Positions 12,301-24,300 of a stretch of DNA of 56,804 nt are shown here, piece by piece. Source of the stretch: Phoronis australis (taxonomy: Eukaryota; Animalia; Phoronida). How positions within the stretch are numbered: the stretch's first letter is position 1; the number at the start of each line of letters is the position of its first letter. The notes beneath the pieces were generated by a model. That model searched no databases and was not told the origin of the DNA. It saw only the letters and a program-made list of their open reading frames with translations. The DNA is taken from assembly GCA_002633005.1 (NCBI GenBank), contig NMRA01000077.1, positions 1,021,193 to 1,077,996 on the forward strand. Direction: 5' to 3'. A program made the position numbers and the translations under genes.

Positions 12301-15300
12301 CTACAAGGCTTCTTTTTAAAATTTGGGCGAGGTACATTGTGGTAACGTCCCCGCCCTCTATTCTGTTAATGTCATTTCCCGAGTTATTTTAAAATATTTC
12401 ATTTTTTTACTACAGGAGAAGAATGCAAAACAGAAAGAGACCTCCCACCTCTGATTACTGGCCAGGATTTCAAGTGCAAAAATTTCAATTATGGAAACTC
12501 ATATTTTCATTTACATGGTGGTGAGTGCTTTGATAACTAATAGTCACATTCAGGACTTGTTCTACCTCTCTTTCAGAACCTAAATGATGGTTTGATGCGA
12601 TGTGTTTAAATTTCTCAGATTAAAACCATCTGAAAACTAATATGAAAACAAAAGTGAGAGCAGTTTGAAGTAAATGTTGTTTTTTATGCGCCCACCCGTG
12701 CAAAAATTTTTTGATAAATTGCACATGGTAACCTACTATGCAGTCACAATCTAGAGCAAAGCATGCATATAACAAAACTTAGTGTGTTAATAAAAGTTAG
12801 ACTGCAAGCTAACCAGGTGACATATTTTTTAACTTTTTATTTCAAGTACTATGACAATCTAAGGATTAAAATGGTCAGATGATGAAACTGTTGGCAACTG
12901 CGATAAACTTCAATTCCCATTATCTTAAGTTTATGAACTTTTCTTTGTTTACGTGGTTAGTCTGATAAAGCAATGCACAACTCTACATAATGAGTAGTGT
13001 TAGTCCTATTTCTAACTAGCTGTCTCGAGCACAGCCCTGAAATGTCTCCTTACTAATGTTACATGGCACAGCCAGCGTAACAACCGAAAGTTTAGTCTCA
13101 CAAGCATGCTTTTGCGTGTTCATTTTAAAACTTATTGCAAAACCAAGAAGCTTTACATTGGCTTGAACAAAACAAATGGCTACGGGAACCTGAGGCCTTG
13201 TTACTGCTTATAAACACATTGGCTAAATCAAGGACATTTTTCATCTTGTTTCAAATTCAAACCTTGATAGCAGCACTATTTTTTAGTGTAAACAATGAGG
13301 AGATATTTGCAAACATAACAGTATGAGTAGTATCATAAGAATCCAGACATAACCCATTTACAGGGAATATTATCCATGTAAAGATACTGGCATGGTCTTC
13401 ATAAGGGGTCTTACTAACCATGATAGGTTACAGTGTAAATGAAATTATCTCCTGTACAGTAAAAATAACAATTACTCTCCCCTGTACTCTGATCAGTCAC
13501 GTTCACTGGCTGACATTTGCAAAGATATTCCAAGCAAGTTTCTTGAGGGAAAAGGAACATGCCTCTTGTGACATGGGGAGATCATTCCAGTCAGTCCACA
13601 TTCAACTCAACTTGCACCTAGGTCAAGATTAACTGTCACTTTCCTCTTGACACTAAATGATTTGATTTTAGTGAAGCCAGTCGAACTTGCATTGAATCTG
13701 AATTTTTTAAGTCTAAACATCGCAAACTTCTGCGGCATCCTAGTACTTCACAGCCCAATAAAAATTCGAAATCAATTTTACTCAGCCGCTCATCATATCA
13801 GGTAGATTTTCCTTATTTGCCTTGAATAATTTGGTTCAATTAGATATGAGTAATGCAAGTTTTACTGTGCATAACAATAGTTCACATACTGACTGGTTAG
13901 AGTTCACTTGGCTAAATTGTGACCTATTCCGGGGGTATTCCGTTTAGGGTACTAGAAGCGGGATGTCCTTTCGTATTCAATAATCTAGATCCTCCCGACA
14001 AATCTGAGCAATCGGTCACAATAGGCAGTCAATACTAAATAAAGATAAAGTTATCCAGATCAATAAAATTCATTTTTGTTACAATTTTGATTCCTAATTT
14101 TGAGAACCGGTGAAATTGTTGACCTTTAACGAAATGAGATTTCAAAATGAGGAGCTACCGTATCAGGACTTCCTACGAACACAGAGACATAAGCACACAC
14201 AACCAATGCCAATATACCCAACTTGCGAAATGATTACATTTTGGGAGCCCCCCTTGCATTGATGTTCACTGACACAACCTCAAAGACCATGTTAGACCTC
14301 AAAATTTCACACAGCCCGTTGACTACCTGGGTAGTTATGCTCGTTTCAGCCGTTTATGTGGAAAATAATCAAATAAATGTCATTTTCAAGCATAATTTGC
14401 CAACTTTTGTAACAAAGAAAAGTGTGTCGTCTGTTTTCAAAAACAGCACGGTGCACGTGCCATTTCCTAAAATTTTGCACTGTCTGTCATGAGGTGATGA
14501 CAGTTTTGTAGCACCAAGATTTGTTTGAAAATTCAGTTTGCTGGTATTAAAAATACAACACATTACTAGAATATTTATACCTGTGAATTGTGCCGTGGTC
14601 TATGTAGCTGTCAATATGAATTCTTAATCGAATCTCGTTGGGGGTAAAAACCATTACCGTGCTCATCCAATCTTGAACTATATTGCCAAAGGACCAGCAC
14701 CTCATGTCAAAGGCAATGTGTACATGTATCATCCACTCTTTAAGAGTTGGTGTAGTCATCGCTAACGGCTCTGCTTGTGTCATCACGCAGCTCTTGTAAC
14801 AAATCAGTTGACAAAGTACAACTAAGGTGCGATGGAATAGGTTTTTCATTGCTTTCCGATATGATGTTCAATACGGGTAGTTAAAATCACTTACTGAAAA
14901 GCATTGTGAGTCTGGTGAGTCAGAGATGTTTTTGCCTCCTCTCTAAGAATTGTTCACTGACTGAATTTCCTATGTCAGGTTGACCAGGTTATCGAATTAA
15001 GTCGTGCACTGCTGGGAGATGGAAGCTTGATCCCAGTTCGAATTGGGGTGTCTGGTTTTAATGTAGACGACCTCCTTGACCTTCCTTGAGTACCAGTGTT
15101 CTTCTCTGGCATTAGGATGCTTGTGTTACACTTGTCCATGTTGTGTCCAGTGTTGAGTGTGTGCCCATTTTGTTATTGAAGGGCTTTTGAAATGTTGTTT
15201 GGTGGAAGATAGCTAGAGAGCCAATAGTAGATTTCATCGAAAATTGAGGCAAAGGTTTATGGTGAGATTGCGTCGGCACCATTTGGTTTTCGGACAGATT

Positions 15301-18300
15301 TTCTACTGCAGTGCCCCTTAGTGGCCATTTTGTGTGGGAGCATTTCCGGATGAGAACCAAGTGAAAGATTTCAATCATATGAAAGTTGACAGAGGTTTGT
15401 GATCACAATGCGGTGGTTTCGTTAAGTTATCGGGCGAATTTGACCACTGTAGCACCTAGTGGCCATTTTGTTTACGACATGGGCTTTTGAAGTGTTGTTT
15501 GGGAGAAGAGGGTTTCCGGGTGATATCTAAAGAACCAATTGACAGATTTCATTGAAACTTGATGCAAAGGTTTATTATGAGATTGTGCCAGCACCACTTG
15601 ATTTTCGAGCGGATTTAACTACTGCAGTGTCTCCTAGTGGCCATTTTGTGTGAGAGAATTTCCAGGTAACATGAAGAGAACCTATTGAAGGATTTCAGTG
15701 AAAGTGGACACAGTGATTTGTGATGACACTGTGGCAGCACCATTAAATTTTCAGTCGGATTTGACCACTGTAGCACCTTCCAGTGGCAATTTTGTTTGCG
15801 ACATGGGCTTTTGAAGTGTAATGTTTGGTGGAAATGCATTTCTGCTTGATATCTAAATAACCAATTGACAGATTTCATTGAAACTTGATGCAAAGGTTTA
15901 TTATGAGATTGTGCACCATTTGATTTTCGTCTGGATTCGACAACTGCAGCGCTGCCTAGTGGCCATTTTGTGTGAGAGCTATTGCGGATGATTTGTAGAG
16001 AGCTCGGGGAATGATTTCAATGAAAGTTGACATAGAAATATGTTTTGACTATGTGGCTGCACCATTAAATTTCCAGGTGACTTTGGCTACTGTAGCACCT
16101 CTTAATGGCTATTTAGTTGTTGACAAGAGGCTCTTCAAGTGTTGTGTGGGGTGAAGATGGTTTGCGGATGCTATGAGGAGATCCAACCGATGGATTTCGC
16201 TGAAACTTGACAGGAGTGTACAATGTCAATATGTCGGCATCATTTGATTTTCTGATGGATTCGACCACTGCAGCTACTCCTAGTGGCTATTTCATGAAGA
16301 ATATTTCCAATCGATGTCTTTTGAACGGACTGATAGATTTCAATAAAATTTGACTCAGAGGTATGTGATGTCAATGCCCCATCACCATTAAATTTGACCA
16401 CTACAGTACGTTGTAGTAGCCATTTTGTTCTCAAGGGGTTTTCATGTATTGCTTCAGGGGAAAGAGCAAAAACGATTGGCTGATGTAAGTGAAACTTGAC
16501 AGCACAGCCATATGTGAAGTCATTTCATGAACCCTTCATTTTCGGGAAGGATTTGTGGCTTTTAGAATGATATGGCATGCGGTGTACCGTGGGCGCATGT
16601 CATCACCCCATTGTTGCTCTAATTTGTATTAATGTGTTCATATCTCCTCAAAATGCGGTTAATCATGTTTTGCCAGGTATCCAAATTGACAGCGAGACAG
16701 ACAACCCAGTGTTGCCCTCACAGGCAATCATAGACCTGTACAACAAACTGTCAAAGGATGCTGCTGCATCTAATCTCAAAGTGCTTGACCCAGACCAACC
16801 ATTGCAAGAGAGCTACCCTGTTCCTGTCGTGGAAATTGATGGGAAAAGGTAACTATAAATGCAAATTGTGTTATGTTTTTATGCACGCTATATGTGCGTG
16901 TATCATGACAGCCTTTGACTGTCTGGCTGGGTGTCCCTCACTCTATCTCTAAAAACACTTTATAGATGTTACTAAATTTTGCAAACATGTTGTTTCCTGT
17001 TATGAATGTGACAGCCTTAGCAAATAAGGTGACAACAGGTTCTCATTTTTGAATGGATTCAATATATTGGCCATTCTTACTATTCTTGCATTTGATCTTG
17101 TCTCCTAACTCTTTATTGGCCAGAGTTGTTAAAGTATCATCATGGAATTTACAACCTTACTAATGTAAACGTACTGACATGATCACAACTGACATAGTTT
17201 ACAGGCAGGTCCAACTACTGTGATGCCCTCCAGTGGCAAATTTGAGTCTTATTACTGTATTGCACCCTAGTGACACTTTAGGTTTCTTTGTGTATGGCTC
17301 TATATCTTGCAACATCTTTAATGGATGTTCATGAAATTTTGCAAATAAGTTTCTATCAAGGAGATGACAGCACTTGCTTTTTCAGACATATTTGACTGAT
17401 ACTGCAACACTTACTGGCAGAATTATGAAAGTGTTGCTATTGTTTCTATTGTTTCCATTTACTTTTTACACATATTCTGCACAGTCACGAAATTTCACAT
17501 TATTGACAGGCAGCTTTTCATGTTCATGCAACTTCACCTATCCACATAGTTTCACCCATTCCTGAAGCTTCACCTATCCACATAGTTTCACATATTCTTG
17601 CAGCTTCACCTATCCACATAGTTTCACATATTCTTGCAGCTTCACCTATCCACATAGTTTCACATATTCTTGCAGCTTCACCTATCCACATAGTTTCACA
17701 TATTCTTGCAGCTTCACCTATCCGCATATTCATGCTTGTGATGGCTGCAATGCATGTAGTAAAGTTAAACTAGCCCATAAATCTGAGAGAGTGTTGTGAA
17801 TGCTCCAACTCTCTGTTATGGTAACACAGGCATTTTCAGCTATCCGATGACTGTATTTTTCTACTGACTACTATTGTTAGTATACCCAAGCAAATACAGT
17901 CTGATTTCAGTAAGCGTTTTTTTGTTGAAAATAGCTCACTTTGATTTTGATTTGATGAGCGATAAGTTTATATTGCATGCATGCAGACGATTAGGTATTG
18001 AGGCAGCTCTTCTTTGTATCCGATTGTACTTGTCTTGTCTACTCATACATACTATCCTTGAAGGTTTTCCTGTCCTGTTGCGACATCTGTTACGTAATTT
18101 TGCTTTGTCATTATTTAAATTGTGTAAAGGCTTGAATTTCTTAATCAATATTCTTTTGATGATTTTATTTTAATTGGTTTTTAGATATTCACTTTTCTCA
18201 TTCGACACTGAAATGTACTATCTGAGTTCACCGATGAAGCCACGTTGGGTGGAGAAGTTAATTGATGAAGCTGGACGTCTGGCCCCCAAGCGTCTGCCTC

Positions 18301-21300
18301 TCACTGATGTACAAACTCATGAACAGCTCAAGAAATATTATGGTTACAAGCGAGCCATTAAATACAAGGTAAATTCAGCCATTAGCTAAAAATTATGTGC
18401 TCCTAGAAAATTGCATTCGCAGTTTTACGTCACGCAAGTTCTCCAAGGCCAACTTTTTGTTTCATTTGTTGATCAAAGTTCCACAATGAAGTACCTGGCA
18501 TTGTTCTATAATGTGCGTGCAGTATAGTCAACCCAAGGTAAATGGCATGAAATGTCATTGATTGAGCTAAGAATGTGTGATGGATTCTGTCATAACATGG
18601 CGTGACTTACAAGATTATCTGTTGTCTGTTAAATTGTAGCATGTGCATAAGGAATAACCTATTTATCAGCCTCAGTCTGTTATCCCCTGCAGTCTCTACT
18701 TATACAGCGAGGTCATAGGAATTCATAAACTGCAACTACAGTCTTTGCTCTCGGTTTTCCCAAAGTTTTTTCTCTTGATGACCCTGTAACATGTAAAGTT
18801 GAAGTGAAGATGTGTTTTATTGCAATATATGTTTAGTAACTTACAGATTATATTACATCTAGTTCTTGTTGTAATGCATTATGATGTAGCACAGAAAAAT
18901 TTTGTTTCTACGAAATTGCAAGTTTAACCTGGCTGTGTATACCCATATTTGTGCAGAAAGGAAAAGAAAAGGATTCTCTGGTGGGTTGTCTGTACAAAGT
19001 TTATTATTTTATTGATAATTTGTGTGTGACAATATGGTTTTATTGGCACATTCCCACGTGTGTGGCCCTCTCTTATTGTGGATGAGTTCTGACTGGTGGT
19101 TGGCCTATACCTGTACAGAACTATCCAACTTATTATGTTGCTTTGACTCCTGCTTTGCGTACTTAAAGGAGAATGCCACCCAATTTTTTTTTGTTTTTTA
19201 CTGTCTTAATCAGTCTATATCCACATTACCTTGTATATGGTTGATCTCGTCTTGCTTAGAGGTGTCGCGTTAACCTGTGAAGAAGGTGAGAACACAACGC
19301 AGCAACGTCAGTGGTTCTTCAGCTGGGTGTGTGCAATGTCAGTGGTTCTTCAGCTGGGTGTGTGCCGCTACATTGTGGCGTAACGTTCTCGCTTGTGCGA
19401 ACCATGAAGTTACCAGAAAAGTGGGTGTATCGTTTTTATGCGCCCACATATTTATATGTGGACGCATTATGCCGTCATCTCTGTCCGTCCGTCCGTCCGG
19501 GCGGCGTCCGTCCGGTGTCTGGCGTCCGGCGTCCGCTGCTCTATCTCCAAAACCCTTTGACATACGTTCATGAAATTTGTCACATATGTTCCATTCATGA
19601 ATGGGACGGCATGTGCGAACTTTCGGAGGGATCCGACTACCGGTGTGCCCCCTAGTGGCAATTTTAGTTTTTTACGCTTACCTTTGTATCTTCAAAAGTC
19701 CTGAACGGATTTTCATGAAATTTGGTATGTAGGCACCTAGTAGTGAGATGACACTATCCTGCTGTTTTCGGATGGATTCGACATAGTTTGCGCCACCTAG
19801 TGGNNNNNNNNNNNNNNNNNNNNNNNNNNNNNNNNNNNNNNNNNNNNNNNNNNNNNNNNNNNNNNNNNNNNNNNNNNNNNNNNNNNNNNNNNNNNNNNNN
19901 NNNNNNNNNNNNNNNNNNNNNNNNNNNNNNNNNNNNNNNNNNNNNNNNNNNNNNNNNNNNNNNNNNNNNNNNNNNNNNNNNNNNNNNNNNNNNNNNNNNN
20001 NNNNNNNNNNNNNNNNNNNNNNNNNNNNNNNNNNNNNNNNNNNNNNNNNNNNNNNNNNNNNNGTCAGTGGTTCTTCAGCTGGGTGTGTGCAATGTCAGTG
20101 GTTCTTCAGCTGGGTGTGTGCCGCTACGTTGTGGTGTAACCTTCTCTCTTGTGTGAACCATGAAGTTACCAGGAAAGTGGGTGTATCGTTTTTTTTTTGA
20201 TTTTCTCGAGAACCCGAAATGCTTCAGAAGTTGTTCACAACAGTAAAGAATGAAAAGCATGCCATTAATACCAAGTATGAGGCCGTGAAATATCTCCGTG
20301 TCTGTGGCCGGCACTGTTCTGTTTCAAAACACATTATTCTCACCCTAACCAATGTTTAATAAAACTGAAACAATGTGTCTCTAAAGACTGCTTCAGTAGA
20401 TACAATTTGTAATACCTTTGGAATGTTCGTGAGCGCAGATGTTTTGAGAAACTAACAATAAATAAATCATACTGCGTTGCCCACTTCAGATGCAATAAAA
20501 CTAATGGACTGGGCACCCGGGGCGGTGTGAGCCCATGCTAATTCATTGTTTGCTGACTGATAGCTGTTGTGAAACAAGAACTCGATTTTATATGCTATGG
20601 TCAGGCGTTCCGGGAATATTCATTAGAGATATATGCCTTATTTGAATCATTGTAATAATTGTACTCCTTTGCCGTGTATGGTTCAGTGGAAGGGAACCTG
20701 GCTTCGCGGCCCCTGACAGGTAAGTACATTGCAATTTTGCGGTGTTTATATCAAAATATTCGCGTGCACATAATTTCTTTGGTTCACTAGTCTAGTTTTT
20801 CGTGACTGGAAGTTTAATATTCAACTTTGGCAGCCGACTAACTCAGCTGGTTTATGTTCGTGATGTCTCCTGTCCGGCAGCCAGCAATCGATGGGCTTAC
20901 TCGGGTTCTGAGCCAATGGGTTAAAACTAGGGTTTTGTGTGTTTAGAACTGAAAAAATTTGCATGTCTAAAATTTCAACATAGTTATGCTCTCCTGTCTG
21001 TATTTTGCGGAATAGTAATTCTGATTTATCATGGAGCAGATCCTCGTTAAGTTGGCATACCAAACTTTGTAAACTACGGTACATTCAAAATTTCTATAAA
21101 TCTGTAAAAGCGAAATAAATCAACTGGTTTGTTGAAAAATTAATGTATTTGTTATAGTTTTGCATTGAAATTTTAATGACTTATTGGTATAAAGCGATGA
21201 ACTCAAGTGATGAGCTGACATCAGTAAGCGTGTTGTAAACTACTGAACAGACTGTGTTAGAACCTATGACGTCATTGGTTAATTTCAACACCTCCGTCTG

Positions 21301-24300
21301 TCGTTTGGACTTGGTGTTATCAAGTGGAACTACTCCATCTAAATTGATGCAAATGTTTTTTTTTGGTGGCATTCTCCTTTAATCATATATTTTTCTCCGC
21401 AATTTGTAATATGAACTTCTTTTAGGAAAATTTTGTGTTGATGAGTAATTGGTAAAGATCTTATTGTAAGTGGAAACTTTTTTCATTATCGTTCTGTTTT
21501 TAAGGCACCAAGACTTTTTTATGCGCCCACATATAAATATGTAGGCACAAAATGCTGTCATCTCTCTCCGTCTGTCCAGCGTCTGAGGACAGCTGATGAT
21601 TATCATTTTCAGACAGCTCCAACTACAGTGGCTCTTTCTTTTTGTTTTTTTGTGTCCATGGCGGTATCTCCTAATCCCTGTGCAGGTGACAACACGTGAA
21701 TACGACTTCCAGACGGATCCAACAACTGCTGTCTACCTTAGTGGCACTTTAAATTTTTATTTTTTTATTTCTGTTTTCCTGTGCATCCTTGGAGTTCCTG
21801 GATGGAATTATATGAAATGTGATAAATAACTTTCTGTTAAAGAGGCGATGATATCTTTTAGTTTTCAGATGAATTTGATGAGATGCACGCCACCCAGTAG
21901 CCCATTTATACGCCCACATATTTATATGTGGACGCATTGTGCCGTCATCTGTGTCCGGCATCCGTCCGTCCAGCGTTCGCTGCTCTATCTCCAAAACCGT
22001 TTGACGTGCATTCTTATATGTTCCTTTCATGGATGGTACGGCATGAGCGAACTTTTGGATGGATCCGACTACTCGTGTGCCCCCTAGTGGCAATTATAGT
22101 TTTTTTGCTCTTGCCTCTATATCTTCAAAGATCCTCAACATATTTTCATAAAATTTGGCATATGGGCATCTATTAATGAGATGACGCTATCCTCCCGTTT
22201 TCGGATGGATTCAACGTAGTTTGCGCCACCTAGTGGTCATTTTTGCTGTTTTCAAGTTTGTTTTTTGGCATCTACCACTCTATCAACCAAACCGCTCTAT
22301 GGATGATTGAGAAAATTGACATGTATATTCTTACTATGAAGAGGACGGCTGACAATGATTTTCTGATAATTTCAACTAATGTGGCGCCTCGTATTGGCAG
22401 TTTTGTTATTTTTGTGCCCATGGCTGTATCTCCTAAACCGTTGAGAGGATCTTTACTAAATTTAGTTTGTGTATTTGTATAATGTTGACAATGGATGACG
22501 ACGACTTTTGGACAGTTCTGACTACCAGTGTGCCTCCTAGTGGCAATTTTAATTTTTTACGTTTTTCCTCTGTATCTTCAAAGGTCTGCTATGGATTTTC
22601 ATAAAATTTGGAATATAGGCATCTATTGGTGAGATGACGCTATCCTCCCATTTTCAGATGGAATCAAGGTACTTTGCGCCACCTAATGGCCATGTTTCCT
22701 GTTTTCGAGTTTTTTGGCTTCCTCCCCTTGATCAACCAAACCATTCCTATTATGATTTTGAAAATTGGGGGGTATGTTCTCAGTGTGAAGAGCACAGTTG
22801 ACCATAAGGAATTTGACTACTGTGGCGCCTCCTAGTGGTAGAATTGTTTTGCGCCCTTAGCTGCATCTCCTAAACACACCGCAGGATTTTTGTCAAATTT
22901 AGTAATTGTATCTATATTAAACAATAGACGACGTCGTTTAGGCATATGCAATAAACTCTGTGCCCCATTGTGGCAATTTCATTNNNNNNNNNNNNNNNNN
23001 NNNNNNNNNNNNNNNNNNNNNNNNNNNNNNNNNNNNNNNNNNNNNNNNNNNNNNNNNNNNNNNNNNNNNNNNNNNNNNNNNNNNNNNNNNNNNNNNNNNN
23101 NNNNNNNNNNNNNNNNNNNNNNNNNNNNNNNNNNNNNNNNNNNNNNNNNNNNNNNNNNNNNNNNNNNNNNNNNNNNNNNNNNNNNNNNNNNNNNNNNNNN
23201 NNNNNNNNNNNNNNNNNNNNNNNNNNNNNNNNNNNNNNNNNNNNNNNNNNNNNNNNNNNNNNNNNNNNNNNNNNNNNNNNNNNNNNNNNNNNNNNNNNNN
23301 NNNNNNNNNNNNNNNNNNNNNNNNNNNNNNNNNNNNNNNNNNNNNNNNNNNNNNNNNNNNNNNNNNNNNNNNNNNNNNNNNNNNNNNNNNNNNNNNNNNN
23401 NNNNNNNNNNNNNNNNNNNNNNNNNNNNNNNNNNNNNNNNNNNNNNNNNNNNNNNNNNNNNNNNNNNNNNNNNNNNNNNNNNNNNNNNNNNNNNNNNNNN
23501 NNNNNNNNNNNNNNNNNNNNNNNNNNNNNNNNNNNNNNNNNNNNNNNNNNNNNNNNNNNNNNNNNNNNNNNNNNNNNNNNNNNNNNNNNNNNNNNNNNNT
23601 AATGCTGTGCTAATCTCGTATGTTGGTAAATTTGTTTTTAATTCTATGTTTCTGTGGTGCTTTAAGCAACTGGTGTATAGGATGTGCTTGTATTATGAAG
23701 ATTACTCACATTTTGCCCCTAGCCTATTGAGGAGACAATGACCATGCCTTTCCATTTTGCAAAGTATGCCCTCTACTGGCCACTTTATGGTACCAATAAA
23801 CAACCCTAGAAGGATACCGTATGCGGTGCAATTGTGGGCGCATTTCAACGCTCTGCGTTGCTCTTGTTTTTTTGATTTTCTCGAGAACCCGAAATGCTTC
23901 AGAAGTTGTTCGCAACAGTAAAGAATGAAAAGCATGCCATTAATACCAAGTATGAGGCCGTGACATATCTCCGTGTCTGTGGCCGGCACTGTTCTGTTTC
24001 AAAACACATTATTCTCACCCTAACCAATGTTTAATAAAACTGAAACAAAGTGTCTCTAAAGACTGCTTCAGTAGATACAATTTGTAATACCTTTGGAATG
24101 TTCGTGAGCGCAAATGTTTTGAGAAACTAGTAACAATAAATAAATCATACTGCATTGCCCACTTCAGATGCAATAAAACTAATGGACTGGGCACCCGGGG
24201 CAGTGTGAGCCCATGCTAATTCATTGTTTGCTGACTGATACCTGTTGTGAAACAAGAACTCGATTTTATATGCTATGGTCAGGCGTTCCGGGAATATTCA

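Larger units (their letters stand above)
19167..21378 (+). mobile_element. Non-autonomous TIR element with TTAA target duplication (Kolobok-like AG..CT termini); spans an N-gap and a HINE insertion site
   Basis: TTAA|AGGAGAATGCCACC at 19163 and GGTGGCATTCTCCT|TTAA at 21365-82; duplicate right end ~25043-60. Confidence 0.85.

Noticed and set aside
14970-15110. tRNA-like B-box (gttcgaatt), possible SINE head
   Set aside because: No cloverleaf or clear A-box; at most a very decayed SINE
17524-17733. IGEAARICETMW repeat ORF
   Set aside because: 36-bp minisatellite read in an open frame
20821-21084. Duplicated 87-aa ORF (also 24499-24762) as a small gene family
   Set aside because: Lies inside the TTAA element in a probable haplotype duplicate; no recognisable domain
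22890-23741. Long ORFs made of X (also 19788-20156)
   Set aside because: Artefacts of N-gaps
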